Shown here: one piece after another, positions 1-13,705 of the stretch
How the letters are laid out: every line of letters starts with the position of its first letter
Position numbering within the stretch: position 1 is the stretch's first letter
Translations under genes and position numbers: made by a program
Assembly: GCA_951406725.2 (NCBI GenBank)
Contig: OX597823.1
Coordinates: 113,832,001 to 113,896,000 of the forward strand
From: Octopus vulgaris
Taxonomy: Eukaryota
Length of the DNA: 64,000 nt
Direction of reading: 5' to 3'
The notes under the pieces: model-generated
Told to the model about the DNA's origin: nothing
The model's input: only the letters and a program-made list of their open reading frames with translations
Database searches by the model: none

Positions 1-199
1 CGTATTGAGAAGAGCATTGTCGATGTGAGAACTGTTGCTGCTCATGTATTTTAATTTAACTTTAAAAAAAAAAAAAAATGAACGAACTACTGAGTTTGGT
101 TTAATGGCCTACCAATGTATACTATGAGTTTCTTCGCCCTAGGAGTCGGGAAGACACTCGGCAAGAAATGGAAGCAAATTTGAAAGAAGAAGAAAAAAA

Positions 200-271
<72 letters not shown>
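1..271 (+). mobile_element. 3' end of Dong/R4-type non-LTR retrotransposon with (TAA)n tail
   Basis: Frame from nt 2 reads VLRRALSM*, typical of a Dong/R4 C-terminus. The 3' UTR (ttaatggcctaccaatgt...aagacactcggcaagaaatggaa) matches the reverse complement of 31220-31415. (TAA)n tail at 201-271. Confidence 0.8.
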
Positions 272-274
<3 letters not shown>

Positions 275-356
275 CTATGATGGAATTTATAGATATCTAA
301 TACATTACTACGTACGCTTATACACGAATTTAAAAGATGTATATATATATATATAT

Positions 357-996
357 ATATAATTAATTAATAAGGGTGAGAGAATTATATACTAATCTAA
401 TAGTATACCTATTCAACACCAAGTGAGCCACATAGTGACCACTCTCTTATATTTATTTTTGTATAAAATATTATAATATGTTATAAAATATTATAATAAT
501 CCAGGTTTCTCGGGGCACTGCGCCACTTGGTGTTGAATAGGTATACTATTAAATTAGTATCTATTTCTCTCACCCTTATTAATTAATTATAATTATGCTG
601 CATTTATTTCTAAATGTAGTATCTGTTTCCGTGAAAGTTTGGCGCGCTGTTGGTAGGGGCATTTGAATTATAACGTCGGATGTAATCAATTGAACCACAC
701 GTGTATTTATCGTTATGGTAAAATCTGGCGTGTGATTGAGTGGATTTCATCCAGATAGTTTTGGCTGAGGAGCTACAAGTGAGTTATTGTGAGTAAAATT
801 ACATTTAATTCATTAATAGCGAAACAATTGTCCCAAAATAATCTGTATTTTTGTTATTTTTTATTTGCCCTGTTCGTGTGAGCTAACAATCGTACTGACT
901 TTCATGGGAAACATGTATTTTTGTGGTTGAAACCTATTGGATCTATTACTAGTGCTAGAGTGAGCAACATAGTGACCACTCTCTTATATTTATTTA
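357..996 (+). mobile_element. Penelope-like pseudo-LTR remnant with inverted and direct repeats, embedded in (AT)n
   Basis: ~68-bp inverted repeat (357-425 vs ~523-590). Direct repeat catagtgaccactctcttatatttattt at ~430 and ~968. Internal hammerhead motif; (AT)n on both flanks. Confidence 0.65.
759..838 (+). ncRNA. Minimal type I hammerhead ribozyme, canonical core
   Basis: ttttgg-CTGAGGA-gcta-(41 nt)-tagc-GAAAC-aatt-GTC-ccaaaa: 6-bp helix I, 4-bp helix II, palindromic ACAATTGT helix III, GUC triplet. Confidence 0.85.
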
Positions 997-1174
997 TATA
1001 TATATATATATATTAGAAAAAATGAGGTGATCAGATCGGATGGTTCATATTTGTAGATATTTATTTATATATTACATTTTTTTCATATATATCATATCAT
1101 TCAGATCATATCATTCGGATTACACATCGCTTTTCGAATTAGACGCAACACCTATTATATATTTATATATATAT

Positions 1175-1342
1175 TTTTTTCTCTTTTTTCTCTCCTTGTT
1201 TTTTTCTGTTTCCCTTTCTGTTGACGAGCGTAGGCTCGAAACGTAAAATACTTCTTCAATTCCTGAGCGTTATACTAATACATCTGTTTGTTTTGTACAC
1301 CACCTGTCTTCGTCTTTTGTTTTTTCGTGAATTCTCCCTATA
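1175..1342 (+). mobile_element. PLE-type pseudo-LTR fragment (same family as 50528-50700)
   Basis: High similarity to 50528-50700; flanked by (AT)n; carries a hammerhead-like motif. Confidence 0.7.
1214..1249 (+). ncRNA. Minimal hammerhead-like motif, A6U core variant
   Basis: ttt-CTGTTGA-c-gagc-gtag-gctc-GAAAC-GTA-aaa; palindromic ACGT helix III; short 3-bp helix I. Confidence 0.6.
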
Positions 1343-4300
1343 TACATATATATATATTTACATACTACATTATTCTTCCTCGCACCCTTAATTTACTGGT
1401 TTATTTTCTTTACTTACATACTGCCTGTAACGGTCTTAACTTTTACCTGTCATTCGAATATAATCGACCAATTGTAGAGAAGGACAGACTTTGGTCAATT
1501 TCATTGCAGACAACAGATGTTGGCCTCTGCAATATTTCAGTAAGTACACCATTATAAGAATCCGACGGTTTTGTTTTTGGATAAATATTAACTAGCCCTA
1601 TTTACGATATCATAAGTACTATTCTTTTTCTACACATATTGGTAATTCTTGTCTTATTTTAGTACTAACTTCATTTCAATACTATTCAAACACCCTGGGT
1701 CCCCTTTGTATAGAAATGACCGGTAAATATTTCCCTAGAACACTACTGGTTCACTCATTTGCCTATCGACTTCAAAACTCCACGCTGCCCGATACTATGG
1801 TTTTAATATATTGAGCCTCTTGGTTCCTTCTTCAGGCCCAGTTCTTTCCAATTCGCTCTTTCTTTTGTTTATTTTCTTTGTGAATTTGTATTCACTCTGC
1901 TGAAGCTCCATATACTAGATCGAATGTGCTATGAAAATGACGAATATTATTTTCGGAATTTCTTTCGCAAGCACCGACTAACATTGGAAGCGGAAACGGC
2001 GGAATGGAATGTTATGTAATGTCAGGTCATGTTTTGTATTAAGAAATAACCAACCGATGTGGCTCAATTTGTTTGTTTGTTGATTAAAAGTTTTCTTCTA
2101 TTTTGTGATTATATATATATATATATATATACATACTATATAGATAGATAAATAGATAGATACATACATAGATACATATCGTATATTAGCAAATGCAATG
2201 ACCAATCACATCGGACGCGCTATCTTTAATAAGAAGAGCAATATTCTAAACGTATTAGACATTTATTATTCATGAGAAGTAAGGGGGGAAATCAGCGGGA
2301 TGTAAGAAAGAGGAATAGCTACTGAAAAACTGGGTTTAAAGGAAAAGCATATATTTGTGGTATCAAATCATAAGCTGAAAGATTCACTATCATGTAGCAC
2401 AATCCTTTGCCTTCCTTCGTTTTGCCATTAAAGATGTATTGCTTCATTTTATTAGGCCATCAACATGGGTGACAAAGGCTTTGAGGTATTGATTGAAAGC
2501 TCTCTATTCGAAGACCGGATGAGTATGTTTCTTCCGGCCAACGTTACTTATGCGTTCATATGCTAAGAAACTACCGATGTGGCAGATTTCCATTGGTGCA
2601 GTAGATATGATTTTCCGTTCGCCACATGAAGGTGTCCGCCCTCTGTGGTTCTGAGAACTTCGTGTTAGACATACGCTCATAAGAGAAAGAGAGAGAGAGA
2701 GAGAAAGAAAGAAGAATATGAGGTGCAAAATGATCACAAATTATCAAGAAATAACGCTGGTGCGGTTTTAGTGACATACACATACATACACACATATACA
2801 TATAGTTACTTTAAAAAGGTTAAGCTTTTAGTCAATGTTCTTAAAAATATCATGTACAACAATTTCACTTATACCTTTCGAAGTTATTGATTTTATGTTG
2901 AGCGTCAACAGTACCTACCAATGATTTGATTGAAATATTTTCCCATATATGCAATCGTTGTTGCCGCGAGTAATAACAGAGTAAATTTTATGACAAATAT
3001 AATTTAAGTAGCAAAATGTCAGCTGTAAAGCATACGAACCATATACACAGCAGACAGTCGACCCTGAGAGACACTTCAGGAAAGACAGTAACACATGAAA
3101 TTAGTCATATCATACATAAAAATAAATTTCAAATAAATCTAGCTTCCATCTACCTGAATCTTAACTTTAACAATTCTTAGAATTTCAATAATGAAAAGAA
3201 TTCAAATAAACGTAGCATGAAGACAAATTTAAGTTAGCACACATTCTTACTACGAATTCACTTTACCTTTCCTGTAGAAACTGAGAAATGGCTAACATTT
3301 TACTTACTTTCTCATAGCCATGTGGTGCACAAAGAAAAAAATCGAATACAGCAGCCATAAATAAGCATTTCCTTAACCTATCTTTCTAACAATTTTCATC
3401 ACTGGTTAAAATCTCAAATTTCTTAATATGTGTCACCTGCTCCACGTAGTAAATTTTATTCTATAAAATATAACTATATTTATTTGTAATGAGAAAAACG
3501 CAGGCTACAATGGTTTTAGTTGGACTTGTCATTGCGAGTAAACAAAAAACACAATCTCGGCCTTTCCCATTTTCACTCGACGGAGTATCTGAGATGTGAG
3601 AGCTAGGACGGAAAGAGATGCATCTTCAAACCATCTTCAACTTAAACGATGTAACCTCGTGGAGAAGAGTTTCAATGTTAGTGACTTTTCTCCTCTAAAT
3701 TATACGCCTATACATACAGGCGCATGACACAAAAACAGATACATACATGCGCATGACACAAAAACAGATACATACACACTCATTGATACACACATTTTTA
3801 TTCAAGCGAAAGCAAAAGTAATGGATATGATTTTCTTTTTGTTTCTTGTTCTTTTCCTTCATTTAACTGATTTTATATAGCAGAAAAAGAAAACAAAACG
3901 AGCCAAGAACATAGAAGTGCTACACTATATCTTTTTTGGCTGGTGAATGTGTAAAATATAGTTCCAAAACACAAATATGTTATTTTGAATATAAATATAA
4001 ATGTCTGTATATATGTATGTTCATCCATTCTACTAATGAATATCGTGTAGGTGATGGGTGAAATAAGAACGTTTTTCAAGTATTTGGATCAAGTATTGAT
4101 TCTCGGCTTATTTCAATAAATTATCTCAAGACAGCAACAAGTAAAGGTTTAGCAAACATTGTGTAGAAATTGAAATGATCATGTAGTTATTGCTGTTCTC
4201 TTAATTAGAAACTATTCGAAGTTCTTAAATGTAAAACAAATATCTGTAATTCTGACACTAATATCTTCTCAAGGAAAATCTTTTTATTGTTTATTCATTT

Positions 4301-6570
4301 AATCTAATTATAAAACAAATATGACAAGGTAAATACAAGCCAACAAAGACAAACGTTTTACCTCTATGTATTTCTGATATAAAATCTTGTCTCGTGTTAT
4401 TATTAATAGAAAATGAATGACGTGAAAATAAACTATCAAATAAATAATCGCAGTTTCTGTTTAAATGTCCAATCATGTTATGTGTCATGGTGGAAATCTT
4501 GGTTTAGGATTTACAAATGGGTTGAGATAATGTAAAATAACTATTTAATTTCCGGTTTCAATTTTGAACCTAACTGAGTATGTGAAGTTGCAGTGAGTTC
4601 CATGAGGTATGATGTGATACATTATCACTTAAATTGAATTCTGGATAATGAAACCTGATGTGTATGCAGATTGCTGTGACAAATATTGCTTCCTTCTGTT
4701 GGTTAAATAGTTTGAAGGATAGAAAATGAAATAAATCCCCCGTATTTGCCTTGATGTCTAAATAAATGTTAACTCTTATCACAACTAAATGAAGGGTGAT
4801 TAATAACATCTTAATTACTAGATTAACATGCACGGAGTACAGTAACTTTGAATTATTTATAACTTGTTCAAAGAACATGTTTTACATTCTGCATTAGCTT
4901 CAAGAAATTAACCGAATGCAATAAATTCTCTACAAAATGTATCTCATAAAAACAGTTTTATACGCCATTATTTATTACTATATAGACAACCAGTCAAAAG
5001 AGCGTGTGTTGTATTTGTTGCGACGGCGGTTTAGACTGGGGTCAGACTTGACTGAGCTAGACTAATATCAACTGTTTTCTTTATTTGGCACTCAAGCAAC
5101 TAAAACAGAGGGGTCAGTACAAGGACAGACACTACACTACAGTGGGGACAATAAGCATAAAACGAATGATTATGAATATTATACAATGATGAAAGATGAA
5201 TGGCTGCATGGGCCCCACTCCTCATAAAGTACCATTTGAACGTTTGTACGCACAGTCTTGTCATTCTATCTGTTGAACTTTTTTTCGTAATTATCGTTTG
5301 TTTTTCCTTTTACTTCAAGCACTTTTTCCTTTGACTAATATCAACTGCATTCCAAATGTGACCATCCAGCTTGCTCAACATTTCTGAGCTATTTATGGCA
5401 AAACGAATGTATACGGTGAAGCACGGTCACTCGTTTGAAACAGAAGAGGATTAAGACATGGGACATTGGGTAGTACTACGCACGATTCTACTCAACATTC
5501 TCAGGAGCCTTTATAACAGACAGAGCTATTCGGTTTAGAATTATGATGAGAAAAAACTTGCATTTTTCTGTATCATACAAGAGTATTTGCATTCTCTTGT
5601 GAGTATGTTCATTTATTCGATGAGATAGATTGAAGAATTGTGAAATTAGATATGGTCTGAAAAGATCGAAGCCCTTTAAGCTAAATATGATGGGCACTCA
5701 GATTGCTAAAAGTTCTTCATTTTCAACTACATCGAGGCTTGGATCGATACGAGCAGTGTGAGTTTCATCAAATAGTGTATAGAAGAGATACCAGCCTAGT
5801 ACGTTACATGAGACACGAATTATGAAGGATCTTGCCAGATTGACTATATATGTTCTTAAGTAACTGGCTTAATCCGAAATCAAGCTTGACTTAACTACCT
5901 AGTCCATGAATACCTGTAAGGAACTCTTCCCCAATGCAAGCATTTGGACCAGGCTTCTCCTGCCACTCTAGGAGATAGAGCCGTCGAAATATCATGGATG
6001 CTGTTATTCATTCGTGCTTCGAGACATAAGAGAAAATGTCCAGCGGCAAAATCTATGAAGAAATATTGCATTGTAGAAGCATAAATAATATCGATAAACA
6101 TAAGGTAAAACACGAAATTCTGAAGAAGAATTGTAGTTATATTTGATTCAATAGACTGCACTGTAACGTATTGTACTAGGTGTCAACCGGGATATATTGA
6201 CTTCTCACAAGACAGCACAGAAAACATTTCAGATCATAGTATTAGGAGAACAAGCTAAAAAGAATACATAGAATGGAATCTATAAATCCTAACCCACCAT
6301 TAGCTTTCCTTTTTATAAATGACACCTATTAAAATAGGAATCCCAAACGCTGGAGCGTTGCTGTATTAGAATTGAATGTAGTAAATTCTTCAGCTTCTAT
6401 GAACTAAATCAATGGGGCTAATTCGTTTCCTTGTCAGCTTGCTGTATATATTATATGTAAATATGTGAGTATGCAATATATATATATATATATATACGCA
6501 CACATGTATATATGTATGCTACCATGTAAAAGATGTATATTTGGTGGTAGTGGTGGCAGGGTAAATAAGT

Positions 6571-6631
<61 letters not shown>

Positions 6632-8704
6632 GTATATGTATATGTACGTATATAAAAGACATCAAAATTCACTGTACACCAAAGATTGAGGACTGACTTC
6701 CTTTGAATTGCAGATTACACCTGATAAATATAAATATCACATATGTCATATCTAAAGCCATTCTCGATAGTATTCAGACATTAGCACATACATACATACA
6801 TACATACATACTTGCACAGGCAGACACACATATGCAAAAACAAATATGCTTATGTTTGTATTTCTGCATAATTATTTATATTTTGAATGATATTTATATG
6901 CATAATGTATTCATATATACATGCACACACGCACACATATATACATATATATAATCGCATTTGTGAACATTTGTGGCTTTGTATATATATATATGGGTTT
7001 ATATATATAATATATAATATATATAGATATATTTCTGAAAAGATACCTATGTGTATATCTAATGAATGCGTTCCGATGCTGACATCTAGAGATTTGTCTG
7101 GATGCTATTGTACGTACATGTGTGTGCTCTCTCTCGCGCGCGTGTGTGAGTGTTTATGTTTGTGTACTCATGTATAATTCAGTGTTTGTGTGTAATTTCT
7201 AAACGTCAATCAATTTTTTTTTACTATCTTCCCCACAGAATTTCCTACTGTGGTTCACGTCACTCACGAAGATTTATGATCTCCATCACCTGTCATGGGT
7301 CTCATGAAACTCAATATCAAAATATTTATACTTATAACCCTATTTACTTCTTTCACTTCTTTCACTCGGGTTTACACTTTCAGATACGATTTTTTCTTAT
7401 GTCGCATAATTCTTTCACAAATTCCCACTCCTTTTCCTAAATCTTGAAAGCGAAAGAAAACGCCATGAAATTATTGTGGTTCTACTGTATATAAATTAGA
7501 ATGCCGCCTGCCATATCAGATGGAACGCTGTTACTATTAATCTCCCTTGACAAACCTTGATAACCCTTCATATCTCTCCATGTCCCTACCGTTCGACTGA
7601 CATATAACTCCCTTCCCTGAAGAAAACGTTAGTTTCCCACACATCAAGTCCTACGTTAATGAACCTGTCACTGCAGAAAACCAAGCCTCAAATTAAACGT
7701 TTGACATTATATGTCAATTATTTAGCATGACAGAGAGATGTACAATTTTCCATATTATTCCCTAATATCTAGTGATTTGCCTTCTCAATTTTATCGTACT
7801 TCTTCAATCTGTTGCCATTGTTGATAGCATTTAACGTATTACTTTTTTTTTAGACTTTTATCTCCATGGGGGTAACAAGGTCGCATCTCATCAGTGGATA
7901 TAAAAAGAAATATGCAGGGAGGATTATGTAGATACTAGACCAGGTAGAAATAGCAGCTGAATTCCTTTCATATCTCACTCTCTTACAAAAGACTTGGCAC
8001 ATTTAATAAGTAACTTTGTTCATACTAGGCCAGATAAAGGACGAAGAGGTCGTAGCTGAATTCATTTTGATCATTGTCTCCTCAATTACAAAAGTTTTGA
8101 AAAAAAATTGGGATAAAAAGATTTTTTAAGTTGTATAATTTATGTCTAATAAACTATTCTTTCAAAACGAAATATTTATTATTATTTCTATCTACGAGTA
8201 TATTTCTAGCAGTTGCAATTGCTCTACTTATTGGTTGTATATTCACATTATACCAGAAATATATTCTAGTGAAAGTCGTTAGTTGATGTCCAGTCTGCTA
8301 CTGAACATACCAACTCAGAGTTACGTCATAACTCTGAACAGGAATAAATATCGAACAATTTAAAAAATTTTAATCTATATTGAGCCATTTTATTATAAAA
8401 AAGATTAATATTTCGTAAAATCATTTTTATTTATGACAAGTTATATTCAAAATTTAGACATATCAAAGACAATGTCCATAGATTAATAATATTTTCGTTT
8501 ATATATACACTGGGTTTTTAAAATTTGTTCATTATATTTCACGGGTTGAATGAGATGTGATAGTAATGATAGTGGAAGTTCATTCACTTATAGAGCTCAA
8601 GATGGAGCCCTGGCAGCTAAAAATTTCAGGTAAATTACTACTTGGTTCACTATTGCCGTATGTTACCGTTTGGGGAAAAACGAATTTATCGAAAAATAAT
8701 TCCT

Positions 8705-8850
8705 TCTGCTATAGGCACAAGGCCTGATATTTGGTTGGAGTGGGTAGGTGAATTATCAATTCAGTGCTCCAATGGTACTATTTCATCGAACCTGGAAGGA
8801 TGAAAAGCAAAGTCGGTGTCGGGTGAATTTGAACTCAAAACATAATGATG
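8705..8850 (-). mobile_element. tRNA-derived SINE family A, degraded
   Basis: Contains ggcacaaggcctga...tcgaacctggaaggatgaaaagcaaagtcg...aatttgaactc, matching the family A copies at 9246-10860. Confidence 0.75.
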
Positions 8851-9245
8851 GACCCTTGAGCTACAATTAAAAACCGATTGCATCTTCATGGTTGACAAGA
8901 ATCTGAATGCATTTTAAAATATGATATTGATAATCACGTGCAGAATAAAGTTGCATCAAAAAATAATCTTTATATTTTGTAATAGCATATCTTGCCACTT
9001 AAAATCTTTGTAGTAAGGCCAAATGATATACGCAATTACTGCTATGAATAAAAATAGGTAGGTCAAAATTAAAATAGCTATAAACTGAATAAAGCAACAT
9101 TATAAGGAGAATTGTTAATCGAGGCAAACGGAAACCTCAATATGGTTCCAACCTCTTCTAGAAATTGCAGTTCACCTTCTTCCAACCTAACGCAAGTATT
9201 TCAGGATAATGCAAATTAGCTAATCCAGTTCGTGGTACACAATTT

Positions 9246-9478
9246 TAATTTTAACTAGCCACAAGGGGCTAAACACAGAAAGGACAAACATGGACATACA
9301 AACAGATCAAGTCGATTACATCGACCTCAGTGCGTAACTGGTACTTAATTTATCGACCCCGAATGGATGAAAGCCAAAGTCGATCTCGGTGGAATTTGAA
9401 CTCAGATTGTAGCGGCAGACGAAAAACGGCTACGTATTTCACCCGGCGTGCTAACGGTTCTGCCAGCTCGTCGCCTTC
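9246..9478 (-). mobile_element. tRNA-derived SINE family A, full length, with 18-bp TSD
   Basis: Minus strand starts GGCGACGAGCTGGCAGAACCGTTAGC (A-box-like) with B-box-like GAGTTCAAATTCC. Flanking direct repeat gttcgtggtacacaattt at 9228-9245 and 9479-9496. Confidence 0.9.
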
Positions 9479-9981
9479 GTTCGTGGTACACAATTTGGAT
9501 ACAGAATATGGAATGTTCATGCTATCGTTTCAGTAAGCATAATGAAAAGTATAAAAATAAATCATCATTGATATCAACCAGTGTAGTATTTGGTTACATT
9601 TATATGAATAGAAATATCATATCAATCACCCATAAACTCTATTGGCTATAGAGGGATATGCGGGACGTAATGAGTTTCATGAGATTAGCGTGTAAATCAG
9701 GGGCATACCCAGAGTATGTAGACATCAACCTTAGTTAGAGACATAGTGTGAGAGATACAAACATCTTTAGCGATTTGAATCTTTGTCACAGTCGTGATTT
9801 GTTATGGTTACTCTCTGCACAACAACAACGGTCAACAGGAGATTGATATATGTCGAAATGAAGATACTATTTTTAATAAGGAAAATTTAGAAATATAAAT
9901 ATCATCAATTACAGTAAAAATACTAGTGATTTCTGGTGATTAATGGGGCTTAGTCTCGTAAAACCATTCAATCATAAATAT

Positions 9982-10395
9982 TCTTTTCTACTCTAGGAAA
10001 AAGGGTAGAAACTTTGCGGGAATGGCAAGTCGATTAGTTCGATCCCAGCACGCAACTGGTATTTAATTTATCGACCTCGGAAGGATCAAAGGGAAACTCG
10101 ACCTCAGCGGAATTTGAACACAGCACCCGGCGTGCTAACATTTCTGCCACCTCGACGCCTTTATTCAATCATAAATATCCGTTTCTACTCTAGGAACAAG
10201 GCCCTAAATTTTGGGAGAAGCGGTGTCAGTCGATTAGATCGATCCCAGTACAGAACTGGTATTTAATTTATCGACCTAGATAGGATGAAAGGCAAAGTGG
10301 ACGTCGGCGGAATTTGAACTCAGAACGTAAAGATAGACGAAATGCCGTTCAGCATTTCGCCTGGCGTGCTAACCTTTCTGCCAGCTCGCTGCCTT
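9982..10395 (-). mobile_element. Two tandem family A SINEs (9982-10162, 10179-10395)
   Basis: Two SINE bodies bounded and separated by attcaatcataaatat at 9966, 10163 and 10396. Confidence 0.9.
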
Positions 10396-10493
10396 ATTCA
10401 ATCATAAATATTGAAAGAAAAATATGTTATTTTGCTACACAACAAATAGCATTTAAAACAGAGTATACATCCCATCCTACATGTGTCAATACT

Positions 10494-10860
10494 ATTCTTT
10501 TCTACTCTAGGCACAAGGTCCGAAATTTTCGGTGGGAGAGGTCCAGTAGATTATATCGACCCCAATACGCAACTAGTACTTAATTTATCGACCCAAAAAG
10601 GATGAAAGACAAAGTCGACCTCGGCGAAATTTGAACTCAGAACGTTAAGATAGACGAAATACCTATTTCTTTACTACCCACAAGGGGCTAAACACAGAGT
10701 ACAAACAAGGACAGACAAACTGATTAAGTCGATTATATCGACCCAGTGCGTAACTGGTACTTATTTAATCGACTCCCGAAAGGATGAAGGGCAAAGTCGA
10801 CCTTGGCGGAATTTGAACTCAGAACGTAAAGACAGACGAAATACTGCTAAGCATTTCGCA
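10494..10860 (-). mobile_element. Two adjacent or nested family A SINEs
   Basis: Two cores (tcgacc..aaaggatgaa..caaagtcgacc..ggcg.aatttgaactcagaacgt) at ~10590 and ~10770. The second has the ccacaaggggctaaacacaga tail variant also seen at ~9260 and ~38330. Confidence 0.85.
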
Positions 10861-12102
10861 GTATACATAAAAATCTTTAGTTAGAAGTTAATTGGAAGTT
10901 GCTCAAGAGAATTCGTTTGAAGTAGCAATTGGTTTGACTATTAGTGTGTTCTGTAAACACGTCATGCAGTAACATCACAAGTTGAATAATATTTGATATC
11001 ATGATAGGACATTTTCAAAAGCCTTTAAGACTTAGCTATCTTTACTTACAACTTTCCCCTCGCAACTCTCCGACTTGCCGTTTACTTTCTCCATTCCTGT
11101 ATGAGGTTAGACAATATGCTTGAGATAGTGAAAAAATAACCCTTAAAAGACACTCTTTTTCTTCTATAAACCAAACGCAACATTATCCTAAATACCCACT
11201 GTCCTAAGAAAAGATAGCATGGTCAAACTTAGAACTAATTTGAGGATAGGTAACCTACTACATAGGAATATAGCATAGGTTTATACAAGAAAATAAACCA
11301 TTATTAAAGAAAAATAAAAAGAAACCGATATTTTCTGAACATATAAGTTATTGGCGCGATAAAAGTATACCTGAATTGAAATTCTATATCAGTGCATGTA
11401 ATCAGTTGAGCATCCAGCACCAGAAACAGATCTCGAAAATTAGATTCGATTCACAGATAATTTAGGGCATCACTACGCCACACACAGCTCCACAAATCAA
11501 TTTGTGCAAACGCAACAATGTACATTGAAATTACTATAAACTTGGCAAATATGTGAATGCTTGCATATCATTTTAATCTGTTTCGTTTTTTCAAATAAAA
11601 ATTCAAATTGAATATTCGCACGTATGATATAGATCCATTTAGCATTTCTTTCATTTAGAGAAAGTATCAGTATAATTTCTTTGTCAGAGAAGTAAAGTAT
11701 TAAAATGAAAAATAATGCAAAAATAAAGAATCAAAGCAAATCCAAATGGCGTTGCGTTTCTATATTGAAATATATTTCCTTGTAGAAGAAGTGATATATT
11801 TTCTTCATAATTATATTGGATAATTTCCTAGGAAATAACGTAGAGATATTTTAACAGTGATATATTTCCTTCGTTTATTTTTCTAGTCATTCAAATTTTT
11901 CAATATGATTAATAAATAATTGTGTAAAAAGACTGAAAGACATACACATAGGGTGACATAGCAATTCTGTCCAATATATGCATTATCACATATGCACACA
12001 TGTATTTGCATATATGTATGAGCGTGCGAGTTTGTGTGTTTGTGCTCTGCGTGTCTGCGTGAGTCTTTGTCTTTGTATGCATGTCTGCATCTGTATCAAT
12101 CC

Positions 12103-12103
<1 letters not shown>

Positions 12104-12166
<63 letters not shown>

Positions 12167-12275
12167 CTCTATCTATATATATATATATATATACATAGTT
12201 GTCTGTCTGTCTGTCTCTCTCTATCTGACTATCTCTCTCTCTCTATATATATATATATGTGTGTGTGTGTGTATA
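12104..12275. repeat. Compound (ATCT)n/(AT)n/(GT)n microsatellite
   Basis: Direct reading of the sequence. Confidence 0.95.
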
Positions 12276-13242
12276 CTTATGTATACGTATATGTATACTA
12301 ATATGCATGCATATAAGTATGTGTGTCTGTATGTGTGTACGCTTCTATGAATGCATAATTCTCACAACTATGAACAAAACCATTATGCATATCAACATAT
12401 ATATAAATATTTTGAAACTTGTTTTTGTGCTCATGGGAGAAACAGAGAAAGATAGAGTCACAGAAATTAATATAAATACATACAGAGAGAAAGGAATCGA
12501 GAGGGAAAACCAGAAATTGAGGATGTAGATAGAAAGTCAGTAACAAAGAGAAAGAGCGAAACGGACATAAAAGCAAATGTAAAAGGATCTTTGTATAGGA
12601 ATAAATGTTTGTTTATATTTGGATAAATATCGAAAGAAACATCTAGAATTTACAATTGCTTAGAATTAATGATCATTGAATGGTAATACGCGTAGTAATG
12701 TTTCAAATGTAAACAAGAGTGTGTGGTTAAACACTTTATTTCCGAACCATGTGATTCTGAATTCGTTGTGCCTAACGATAGCTTGTGTGAATGTGGGTGG
12801 CTAATCTAGCAAAATTGCGGTTTCTATTCCAAGATCAAGCAGCCTGTTTCTTCTTGAGAAAATCACTTCTTTTCGCGTTACTCGGCTCTTCTCAACTGAA
12901 AACCTGTGCTACTATGAGGTAGGCATTAATTATTGTATGGAATGGCCCCTTGAAATGCCATCCCATATCAGGCTTGTCTCAAGGTGGGCATTCTATTCTC
13001 GGATCTTAAATATGAGAACCGAGATAAGCTCCTCTCTAATAAGCTTCTAAATTGGTGCCAAAAGCTAAAACCCGAGATATCATCTTAGACAAGTGTTTTT
13101 TTAACAACGCTTCGAGTCGGCTCAGCAAAAATTGCAGAATTTTGTACATCTAAAACTATCAAAACGTGACAAAAGATACAGATATACATGTTGCAACACG
13201 ATATGTTATACAGCTCTATAATTAAGAGATGAGGAAGTATTT

Positions 13243-13705
<463 letters not shown>

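Noticed and set aside
3712-3776. 29-bp tandem duplication (gcgcatgacacaaaaacagatacataca x2)
   Set aside because: Ordinary local slippage duplication.
3880-6350. Possible ancient PLE coding remnant on the minus strand
   Set aside because: Only vague motif resemblances; cannot be supported without a profile search.
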